Shown piece after piece: positions 49,101-59,700 of a stretch of DNA of 64,000 nt. Positions within the stretch are counted from its first letter, which is position 1. The number at the start of each line of letters is the position of its first letter. The notes under the pieces were generated by a model. It was not told the origin of the DNA and did not search any database. It saw only the letters and a list, made by a program, of their open reading frames with translations. The position numbers and the translations under genes were made by a program. This stretch comes from Klebsormidium nitens (lineage: Eukaryota; Plantae; Klebsormidiophyceae), in contig DF236953.1 of assembly GCA_000708835.1 (NCBI GenBank), positions 172,990-236,989 of the forward strand, read 5' to 3'.

Positions 49101-52100
49101 AGAAAGTCCATTCACGTGTTGGAGTTGTGAGAGCCCAGCATCCAGCAAAGCTACTACTTTCAGTGGCCGCGCTCCCTCCATCAGTAGCTTGCAACGCCCT
49201 CTTGTGGGCCACTGTTGCCGTCAACGTCTATGTCTTGTCTGCTTCTCTAAGCTTTGTCGACTGTATTCAGTAGCGCTTCAGGCGTAGCCTTAGCGGTCGT
49301 AATGGCGGCTTCACTGGAAGAAGACAAGAGAACCCACCGTCAACTCTTGGTAGCACAATTTTGACGTTTTGTAATGCCAATACATCGACCCTGATCCTGC
49401 GGGCTTTCAAGATTTCAGCTGTAAAACTCCATGTTGGACGTGCAGAGGTGCGAGCGCTCTGAACCCCAACTGGCTGCGAAGTATCCCGACTGGCTGCGCT
49501 ACTCTTGGAGAATATGGAGCAAACCCTCCAATAACCCTCCAATAACGTTTCGTTTCCCGCGGCAAACCCTCCAATAACCCTCCAGAGACCCTCCAGAGAC
49601 CCTCCAATAACCACAGTTTCGTTTGCTTTCCTGGATGCAGACGACGTTCCCGCGGCAGCCGCCCCAAGAGTCACCCCCCTCAAGGACTCGCCATTCGTGA
49701 ACAAGACCAAGGGCTCCCCAAAGGTGCAAGAGAAGCCGGAGACGGTGCTGGGCTACGGGGAGCCGCAGGAGGTGTTCACACTGCCGGGGGAGCTGCTGGA
49801 GGTGAGGGTGGGAATAAGTTCGTGGCGCCCAAAGTAGGAAGAGGGGTGTGTGAAAGGTTGGTGCCATGGGGGCTGCAAGAAGATCAGAGGGGTCAAGAAG
49901 ATTAGACTGGATAGCATCGGCGTGGATTTGGAGGGAAAGTGGTGCTGCGGATTTCAGGTACTCTTAAGGGCAAACGGAACAGGCGACATTTTACAAGCCT
50001 CTGGCGCTTGTAATTCACTGGCATCCTTGTGCTCGTTCTCCATTACTGCCGCCTTTCAGACACCGTCCCGACTTGGGCAGTCGTCGATACATTGCGCCAC
50101 AATCTAAGAGCGCTACGACAATGTCCCTTAAATCAGAGAGTGGATCTGGTAACCCAAAGTGGTTTCGAGCAGCGCAAATTGAGTTTCGACAAAGGCCCTC
50201 TACCTAGAGAAGTCAGAATGTTCTCAGCTTACACGAGCTTCTTGTCGAGTCCTTAACGAGCGAGCGCGCAATCCTTCATGAAGCACATGCTGCACCAAAG
50301 AGTAAGTATAGCGGACGTTTTCGCTGCATTCCAAGTGGGCGCTGCATCAAAAACAACAATACACACTGGAGTCACAAGAAAGGTGACAGCTTGACCAAAG
50401 CGCAGTCCACCAAGAACTTGTATTGACGGCGATCCAATCTGCATTCCCAGTCTGTCTGCGTCAACTCGGTCGACCCGCGGCAAATGGTCGTTGCCACCAA
50501 CCGGAAGGGACTCGTGTACGCCGACATCCGGCCGGGGGGCGGCACGCCTGGTGTGGCGTCAGCGCCCGCGTCGTTTGCACCGATGGGGGTAAGATCTCGG
50601 ACCTTTTGGATCACCCATTGGTTCTGCTCAAACATATCTCAAACGAAACCGAAGATAGCATCATTCTTGCATCATCTTTACTTTTGACAAAGTTTCCGGA
50701 GAGTAAAATGACGGGCTACTATGTAAGCGTTTCGGAACGAAATCCAAGTGCTATGGCAACTTTTCAAGTACCGTACTGCTAATTTGTTTCGGCAATAAAT
50801 GAATAATTCTTCGGCCTGCCGAAAATTTCAGAAAACAATTTCAGGCGATAATGGTTCGATAATGGTTATTTTAGCAGGTAACTATTGGTCTGCCGAAAGG
50901 ATAGAAAGTTTCATAATTAATTATTCGGCGTTGAAGGTGCCGAAATCAAATAGCAGTACGGTATCTCGCAAAGCACTACGTTGTGCGATTCCACTTCGCC
51001 GGGATAGGAGATACTTCGTGTTCAACGACTTTCGGATCCCTGCCTGATACGTCGGCGTCAGCTGACGTCTTCGGGAGCCCGTCTCGACAGGTTGGTACCG
51101 GATGGCCGTGCCTTTTGCCACGTTATCTTGGACGTTGGCTTCCTTTTGTTGCGGTTGATAAGTTTCGCAAGCCACGAACCCCAGCAGGAATCGTCCATCT
51201 GGCTCCTTTCCTTTCCTCCTCCAACCGCGTCCTTTGTAGAAGGAGGACACAGACCTGCTCAGAGACCCGACGCACTTCCTTCTCCATTCTTTTCACGCCT
51301 CGTTTTCACCGCTTTCAAGAAATTTCCGGGTAAACGTGCGAGGGAACGTGCGGAGCACACGTGCGAGGCAACGCTGTCCCGAATCTGAATGAACAAAATC
51401 TCGTCCCCTCCACAGGGTAAGCTGGGGCAAGTCGCTGCGGCCCTCCTGACACTGGTGCGGCACCGCCCCAAGACCGACGTCTAGAGACTTAGTATCGTGT
51501 TTTGAGTCCTGATACTCGCCCTTACTCGGCCCTTCTCACTCCCTTTGCATAAGTGATATCTCAATCTGCTCTGCAGGATACGCTATGGGGCAAGTCGCTA
51601 TGGCCCTCTCGAGGCTGGCCCGGCACCGGCCCCAAGACCGACGTGTCCCCCCCCTCCTCGACGCCCCCCTCTTCCTCCCAAGTGGGCTCCTACGTTTCGG
51701 GCATGTCGGTCCAGGGGGGGGGTTGCTGGACTGGGGGTTGGGGCGGGCACGTGGGCGCTTGGGTGGGACGTCGACGAAGGGTCGGCCGAAGACCCGATCC
51801 CTTTACTGGACAGCGTGACTAGCCGGGTGAGCGGTAAAGCTTGTGAAGATACGTAGCTGCGTTTTGAGGCGGAGGATTTGATCTTTTACTGGACAAGGGG
51901 TGACCGAGTATTATTTTGGTATCGTTCTGGTATAAGATGGGCATCCCTGCAGGGGGTCGAAGGTGGACTTGAAGGTTCTGAGTGTCGCCCTTGGCAAGGG
52001 GAACGCAGCTTGCTCACACCCTTTGACGTTCGCGCCCGCCCCTTTGTCGAATTTAGCGCAAGCGCTTTTCCAGCGAACCAACACCGGAACTTGGTGCGCC

Positions 52101-53910
52101 TACTTCGCGGCCAAAGTCATTGGATGATTCGAGATGCGCAACAACGAAGATGGAAGGCCACAATGTTTTGTTTGCAGCACTTACGTATTTGCAAGGCTTG
52201 GAATCCTGAGGCGTTCGAACCCGTGACGGTCAACTTTTGAACCTACAAAAACTTTCTGTTTGAAAGTCAACACCTTTTCCTTCCAGACCCTAGCGGCGTA
52301 TTCACTGCGCCCCCTCTTTTGTTGCTCAAACACTTCAACTTATTGCTCATGAAGGTTTTGAAGACACACCTTTGCGTGACAGACAAATCTTTGAATGTGT
52401 CACCCCAGAACTCTGACAAACAAGAACCTGTTTTCCTTCAGACCCTGGCGGCCCACCCGCTGCGCCCCTTGTTCCTGGTCGGCTCCAACAACACGCACAC
52501 GTATCTGTGGGAGTTTGGACGCGAGAAGGCGTCCGCAACGTACGGCGTCCTGCCGGCCGTCAGCGGACCGCCGCCCTACGTCATCCCGTCCGTCGAGCGC
52601 GTCAAATTTGACCGGTACGGGCACCGCTTCGCGACGGCCGCGAACGACGGGACGGTTTCCACGTGGCGGCTTGAGGTGCGTTGCGGTTCAATCGTATGTT
52701 TCAAGAAAGGGTGTTCGCGTTGTCCGGTTCAGCAGGTTCTCTTCCTTTTGTACCTAGTTGACCTGTCTTATTTCCCCCTGAAGTCTGAACAAATTGTATT
52801 GTTGCACAAGACGCTAAGAAAGAACGAAGCACTTTTTAAAGCCAGCTCTTGAGATTGCTCCTGCTCATTCACTTTTAAGTCGTGAGATACGAAGGAAGTC
52901 ACGGAGTTTCTAAGAGCAGCTCTGCAGCGGAGCAGACCTCGCTGTTCGTCCTATTCGCTTTCCGACACCAGGTTTGTGTCATTGAGACTGCCTTTTGTTT
53001 CCTTAGTCTTGAGCCAACACTTCCCTCAATCAGAAGCCCGCAGCACCCGACGGCCGTTATTCGCACTCCATTCAGTCTAAGCTTGTCAATTCTGGCTGTG
53101 AAATCTTGTATCCAATCGTTGGAATTTCCATCCTTCCGCCAGGTTGGCGGCCGCAGCCAGACCCGCGCCGACGAAACACGGCAGTGCTTCTCGCGCCACT
53201 GCTCCGACCTCGCATTTGTTGGCGCCAGCGGGAGCGTTGTCGCGGCGGCCGGGTTATCCAATAACAACGAAAACCTCGTACTTTGGGACACCCTCGCCCC
53301 CCCTAGTTCGTCGCGCGCCGCCGTCCATTGTCACGACGGGGGTGCGCGCTGTCTGGCCGTGATTGATTCCGGGGGGGGTGGATACCCGCTTATCGTTTCG
53401 GGGGGTAGGGGCGGGGACATCATCGTGCATGACTTCCGGTACGTGGCGAGCGGTCGGGGGAGTAGTAAGCACTCGGGGCAGAACGGGGCCGCCCCGGGGG
53501 GGTCGACCGGGGCGAGTGGAAGCCCGGGGGGACAGGCTCGGAAGCCCCCGGTTGCGGAGGGCGGGGGGAGCACGAGCGATCGGACGGTGTGGTCGATCTC
53601 CCGGGCGCACGCGGGGGGCGTTCACACTATTGAGGCCGTGCCCGGGACGAGCATGTTTGTGACCGGGGGGAAGGACGGGGAGGTGAAGCTGTGGGACGCG
53701 GGGTCGTCGCGGCTGGTGCACACGTGGGAGCGGGCGCACGATAAGCGGACGTTCTTAAACGCTCGCGGAGGGGGGGCCGTTATGCAGGCCGCCGTGACGC
53801 TCGTTCTGCCGTTACAAGACGGGATGCTCAGTTGCGGGGCGGACGGGATCGTGAAAATGTACCCGCACCAGGAGATTGCGTATGCGAGATCAGCTACGAA
53901 TGCTGCCTGA
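37180..53910 (+). CDS. RAV1/DMXL: Rav1/DMXL (rabconnectin-3 alpha, RAVE complex) WD40 protein, ~3230 aa; exons 37180-37630, 38190-41629, 41969-42145, 42656-42874, 43378-43677, 44175-44355, 44695-46466 (spans N gap), 46895-48296, 48600-48803, 49641-49801, 50451-50588, 51577-51826 (1-nt frameshift), 52442-52675, 53143-53910
   Basis: N-terminal WD40s; Rav1p_C motifs YHPRVLFHFMFEG, AWVLHSDTKEALL, MRALGAGFW, KDPKDCALLYLAL, ALKNSYVLMGQHRHELAAAFFLLGG; plant-type C-terminal WD40s HPLRPLFLVGSNNTHTYLWEF, LWDTLAPP, HDFRYVA. Phases are consistent except for one extra base in exon 12. Confidence 0.93.
41880..41957 (+). repeat. Two-copy 39-bp tandem repeat just upstream of an acceptor
   Basis: atcttgaaaccccgatgcccaaatttcaaagcctaaaac / atcttgaaaccacgatacccaaatttcaaaaccaaaaac. 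Confidence 0.9.
45008..45713. other. Assembly gap (706 N) inside a repetitive coding exon
   Basis: Run of N; the same reading frame is open on both sides. Confidence 0.99.
49519..49612 (+). repeat. 11-bp minisatellite (accctccaata / accctccagag) within a duplicated intron 3' end
   Basis: Six related units in two blocks, each block followed by gtttcgttt. Confidence 0.9.
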
Positions 53911-55533
53911 AAGCCGGCTGAGCAAGTTCGAGCAATGTTAGAAATCGCTCGAAGCAGGACTGCGGCAAGCGAGTGCGTCGTTCAAAGAACGTTTTCCTCA
54001 TACGAGAAGTCCAAAGGGGTTTTTGCTCGAAGCAGCAACTCTGCTCAAAGACTCGAGAGCCAAATAGTGGGAGCTAACGCGTAAAGGACTGCATTGAAAA
54101 AGGGAGGCTGATCAATAACCAGTCTTCAATTGTAGCGACTGTTCATTTGTGGCCGACCCGACTTTGCCAACTTTGATGACGAATTTGGGACTCGCTGGTG
54201 TAAAGACATTCCGAACACAGATCCTGAGACTTCGATGGGCACTGAGACTCGGATCCAAATCGCATGTACTGCAACGTATGATAAGTGCGACTGCGAAAAC
54301 AACGTGCTTTGTCACGACCCGTCGAAATGTTGATGTCTTCATCATTCAGGTTGCACACTGACAATATGCAGTCAAATTCTACAACGCTGAGCACAAATCT
54401 CATCTGTCACTAGCGCGGTTCATCTATCTCTAGCTAGTTGAAGTCACATGTGTCGGAAAAAGTTCTGTTGGCAGGCCCGTGATTAATTGAAGTGTACTCA
54501 AAATATTTAGCATGCGCATAAATCAGAAGGTCGGTGTGCGTGCAGCTCGCACTGACGCTGAGCAGGAACCAGTCGCGCGCAGACTTGACTCAATGGACGA
54601 ATGCTCAGCCGAGTATCAAGTGTAGTTGACCGTCCTCACCAGGTGACGCAGCCATGGCATTGAATCCGTGAGCACAGAGTACAATGCAGTTTGTACCGTC
54701 ATTGTTGAATTAATGAGACCACAATAGTGCATCATGCATATAATGCAAGGCTTTGGGCGGTACGTGGCCAAATCACGAAGGATCTGCTGTCATGCCAGAT
54801 GTACTCAACTTGAAGAAACATTCCCATCAGCCTTGTTACAAGGCCCGTTCTTCTGCAATGCGCCACTGTGACTCGGCACTTTGATTCGTACGCATGCCTA
54901 AAAGTATTTTGCTGATCATACACAAGCTCCATGTCAATAACAACAAGTCGTACGCAGGGCTGAGAATCCTTGTTGAACCCAAACTGATCTCTTCAAACTC
55001 TACACCTGCACCTATCCTGGGATCACGCCGCCGCCAACGTTCGTGCTCGTAACTCCCATTTCCGCGCGGGCCTTTAACTGGCAATGCGATTTACTGACCC
55101 TTGATATACAACACCTCCAATCTTTGGAGTTAACCTGCTTGTATATCCACACAACTGGGACCACAAGTCGTATGGGCATACTAAAGCAAAGCTAAAGCTA
55201 TGTTTGTTCGACTCCTCTTAGAATCCGTGGGAGGAGAACGTGGACCAAATTCGGACTTCTCGAACCCCCACTGTTTAGTACCCTGAAGTCGTAGCCTGGA
55301 CTGCGCGTAGCATTGTAGCTGCCCTGGCACTCGAGGAAATGACCGGGCAACTTTCCCGGTGCGTTGCTCCTAAGCACAGGCCGCGCAGGTCCTACAGTCT
55401 ACCGTTTATGACCTGTATGGATCGACAGAGCCCGAACCGGCCCGCGCGCCAGAAAAGGGTACTAGAGTTTGGGGGGGTCCTAAAAGAGGGAATTTGGTCC
55501 ACGTTCTCCTTCCACACATTCTGCTGAGCTGCA

Positions 55534-56097
55534 TCATTCTGCATCCCTGCCTCGCTCAATCGCTGCCCAATCGTTTACTTCTGGCGCCACCTCAGCCATC
55601 ATCTCCCCCATGGTCCTAAATTCTCGCACCTCTATCCTTTGCACGTGCCCTGACCAAGGGTGGTTACAGTTGCAAACCCAGGGGCTGTCAAAACGCTCGC
55701 ACTTTCCTGTGCAGGCCGCCTTCATACACTTCAAACTCACGGGATCGTGCTCTATATGTTTGTGCTTACACCGACACCTCAGAATCCACGACCCCTCAGC
55801 TACGATGTAGAAAAACGCTTTGCATTTGCACTGTGCCTGTTGACATCTGAACGGTCGAGCGGGCTTGCCAGCTGCACCCTGGGAGTGTACTTTTAGTCGG
55901 TGGCCGCACAAGCAGCGTGACTCATCACGTACAGGAATGCATTCTCGCTGACAGCTGGTGCACGTCCAGGAGATAATCGCCTTTGTTCGCCTTGCACCTT
56001 GGACGTCCGCTTGTGATTGGGCATGGCCGCCTTGACAGCTGCTACTGCCAGCCTGATCCCCTGCTGAACATTGTTCTTGTCTGCTGCTCGGTTCCAT
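55534..56097 (-). CDS. FAM221/DUF4475-like Cys/His-rich protein, 187 aa, apparently single coding exon
   Basis: SWTCTSCQRECIPVRDESRCLCGHRLKVH...CKCKAFFYI...LRCRCKHKHIEH...FDSPWVCNCNHPWSGH has the spacing of FAM221 family motifs (ESRCFCGH, CRCKH, FxSxFxCxC). The start codon is less certain. Confidence 0.75.
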   Translation of the reverse strand: MEPSSRQEQCSAGDQAGSSSCQGGHAQSQADVQGARRTKAIISWTCTSCQRECIPVRDESRCLCGHRLKVHSQGAAGKPARPFRCQQAQCKCKAFFYIVAEGSWILRCRCKHKHIEHDPVSLKCMKAACTGKCERFDSPWVCNCNHPWSGHVQRIEVREFRTMGEMMAEVAPEVNDWAAIERGRDAE

Positions 56098-56336
56098 GTT
56101 GCGTGCAGCAATTGCGGGGCAGAACGTTCATGGAGACGAGAAATCTCAGATGCCAAAACGCCAATGGCAATGGCCGCCTCCCCTCCTCCAATTGTTGATA
56201 GGCCGGACCTCGCAACAAATTCGAGTCCATGCGCGAGCTTCCAGGGTTCCTTTGCAAACCCTAAAGTCTGGTTACACATTCCCACCAATGTATCGAAGAT
56301 CAGCTCGCCCATAGATACCTAGTACGTACCTTCGTA

Positions 56337-56529
56337 CCACGTGGAATCTTCAATCTCCTCTTTGATTGGTCAATAAGTTTTTACGATACGATCGAACGGC
56401 CAAGGCTGGATTAAGTTTACCAGGATAGGTAAACCCCCGGTGCATACCAGGATGTATACGGACCCTGTCAGTGTACGCTAGTCACGCAACACCGACTCCT
56501 GAAGACATCGCAGCGTCACACAACACGTG
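56337..56529. promoter_or_regulatory. Two G-box (CACGTG) motifs in the FAM221-like/GS divergent intergenic region
   Basis: CCACGTGG at 56337-56344 and CACGTG at 56524-56529; motif presence only. Confidence 0.3.
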
Positions 56530-56730
56530 AATGGCGTGATCGTTCTTCTGGTTCTGCTTCGTCCTTTCTTTTTGAGACAAATTTTTCCCTCCTGCAAATT
56601 TTGTTTCACCAACTTTTGTTTCACCAGCTTTTGAGGACGCTCGACAAGGCAGGGTCAACGTGAAAGCACTCCTCAGCAGGTCGCAGACGCTGCATTGTGC
56701 TTCTGCGTTGGAACCTGAGCTTGCATCACG

Positions 56731-59700
56731 ATGGCGTCTTCTGTGGCTGCGAGGGCTAGCACCAGCGCATTGGGGCTGGCGCGGGCCGGGTGCGCTGAAA
56801 AGGGGGCCGTCAGGCAGAATGCAGTCCCTGTCAGGGCATCAGGGCTTACCTCGCAGGTAAGCAAGACAGTGGCACACACAAGACAGATGAAGTGTTGAAA
56901 AGATGGATGCCAACTTCAGAACGCTTTTCCTGAAGATCTGACGCTTATCTTACACACATTGTGGATCAACCGGCAATGCGCCATCATCAGCATTCAGTTG
57001 CATTGTAGAGTACGCCCTGAAGAAGTGCGGCGCTAGGAGAGATTGTCATCACGAACTCTTTGACGGCTGCAATTGACACGCTTCTCAATGTTGGACGCTT
57101 TCTATGCATTGCATCGCGTTGATGCAGCCTCTTGGTGAATGGTAAAGGTGCAGTGTCTAAAATAGCTGGGAAATATTGGCTATGCTTTTGGAAGCGCTGT
57201 CTAGAACCCTGCAGAGAGTCTCTGAACAGAGACATATCCTTTCCATTGGAAACGATGAGACCACACAGTCCAACCATTGAGCAAGAAGGCTGCCCTCACC
57301 AGGAGAGAAGTTCTAGCCGTAACGCGCTTTTCAATGCAGAAATGACAAGTGTGCATTCCAGGACAAGGCTTGTTGGTCATTGCATACTCAGATCACGTGC
57401 GTGCACTTGCCAAAAAGGAGGACTGACACCTGGCTGCCTCCCAGTTCTCTGGCGTCAAGATTGCCGAGTCCTTCGGACGTAGCAGCAGCTTCACGCGGAA
57501 TGAGGTCGCTGCTGAGGTCAGCGCAAAGAGCGCACAGGGCAAAAGGACTGTTGCGACCAGGGCTCAGGTGAGATTGGTCAAGCTTCTGATCATTGGCGGT
57601 AGTCGTAATACTGATCAGCACGGCGAGACATGTGGATCAAGGCGTTAGCATCTTGAAATAGACGCTTCTAAGTAATGATGAGTGCAGGCTCTTCCAGTTG
57701 GCCGCAGGACCACATTATCATGTCCGATGCAACCAGAAGGAAAAAGTCTAGTCCCAAAATTCACACGCAAAGCCCTAATTGCCACCAGACTTGGCAACGC
57801 AGTAACCAGAACCAAATTTGCTTCTAGAAACACATGAATGGATGGAATGCGGTATTCCGCGTTGCTGGATCAACAAAACTATCTATACATTGAAGCATGG
57901 AGAGGAAGGATCCCACTGTCTGGAGCACAAAGTGCCAGGTTGACAGTTTCGTTTTGCCTAGCAGATTTCAACCCAGATTCCTTAGTCTAGGCAATCAAAG
58001 CATTTCTGTCGCCGTGCACAGGGCCCTGTCGTTGCCGAGTTGGCCCAGCGGGCAGAATACATCTGGTCCGATGGTGCTGAGGGCACAAAGGGGATCAAGT
58101 TCAACGAGCTGCGCGCGAAGACCAAGGTCATCCCCAAGGCAATCACCACAAACAACCCCAAGGACTTCCCGCAGTGGTCTTTCGATGGCTCCAGGTGAGA
58201 GCGCTGGAAACCTCTCCAGAGGCAACGGCAAGCTTTTGGAGCAGATAGTCAATTGCTGGATGCACTCACCATCAGGAGGTGGATGAAAAGGCTCTCCCCA
58301 GAGATCTTAGCCTTGCAGCATGGCCAAGCAGTTCAATAGGAGACTGTAACACTAGTGATGTGTGCCAAGATTGTCTCCAATCCTGCATTTAGGGTTTACC
58401 GCCAGATGAATTGTGCCAGTGCAATGCCATTGCATCTGCATCCTCCATCTCTCGACACTGATGCTTAGAGGAAGTCCTTCCTACATTGATGATGGTGTTT
58501 CGAGGTGGGACTACTCTAGGTTGCCTTTCCTTTCTTGATGAATAGGATTGGGGGAAAAGCAAGGGGCATACCCAAGGAAGGCCAAGCCGCAGCGCAGTTG
58601 TCTGTTGAACGAGTCTCTGGCAATCCATGCCCCATGTCCTGTGGACGTTGATTAGATGACCACAATTCGACAAGGCTACCTCTGTCATGGCTATGTTAAA
58701 CCTCTCAAATAAGCTAGGGCTTCATCTTCTTTCTGCGGGTCTGCTTTGCATATCACTTGGGATTCTGTCACTCCCCCATCGTCACCCTTCATTTATTAAT
58801 CTGAAACGCAGGAGTCCTTAAGGGTTACTTGCTTCTTGTGACCTCCAGAACTCAGAGATCTCACCGCACCTCCCTTACCGCACCGGGCAGCCAAAAGACA
58901 CTTCTCCGACTGCATCCTGAACCTGAAGTCACCATCTCAGAGAGCAGAATTCTACTTAAAACGCTCACTTCTTCTGTTTCTCAAGACTCAAGACTGCCAC
59001 TGCCCTTCCCTTGCAGCACCGGGCAGGCCGAGGGCCACTTCTCCGACTGCATCCTGAACCCCGTGTACGTCACCAACGACCCCATCCGGGGGGGTAACAA
59101 CGTGCTCGTCCTGTGTGAGGTCCTGACCCCCCAGGGCGAGCCCCACTCCACCAACACCCGCCGCAAGATCGCCGACCTCCTGACCCCCGAGGTGCTCGCA
59201 GAGGAGACGCTTTTTGGGTTTGAGCAGGAATACACCATGCTTTCAAAGACCGGGCAGATCTATGGGTGGCCCGCAAACGGGTTCCCCGAACCCCAGGGCC
59301 CCTTCTACTGTGGTGTTGGCCAGGAGTCCGTCTACGGGAGGCCCCTGGCGGAGGCGCACATGGACGCTTGCATCAAGGTGAGAATGCGCAGGGCTCCTGT
59401 ACCAAAGGTAGAATCTCTTAGGTTTCTGCGGAAGGGTAAGAGGATGCCGGAAGTGGAAAGATTAGACTGAGCCCCCGGCATTGCCCTAAGAGTGTTCTGG
59501 CATTCTGCAAAGGGGTAGGAGGATGTCGGGAGTGAAAAAATTGTGCTGAGCTGATGGGCCTGTGAGGGTTTGAGATTGCAAACTCACCTTTTCTAGGTTA
59601 TACGTACTGTAAGATACCACCGCAGAGATGGTATGCAATATTCACGCATACAAATCCAGGAGGATGTCCTCATACTTGAGGGAACTGTCAGGCATATGGG

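Noticed and set aside
54836-55084. 82-aa minus-strand ORF downstream of the FAM221-like gene
   Set aside because: No motifs or splice support; probably UTR or intergenic.
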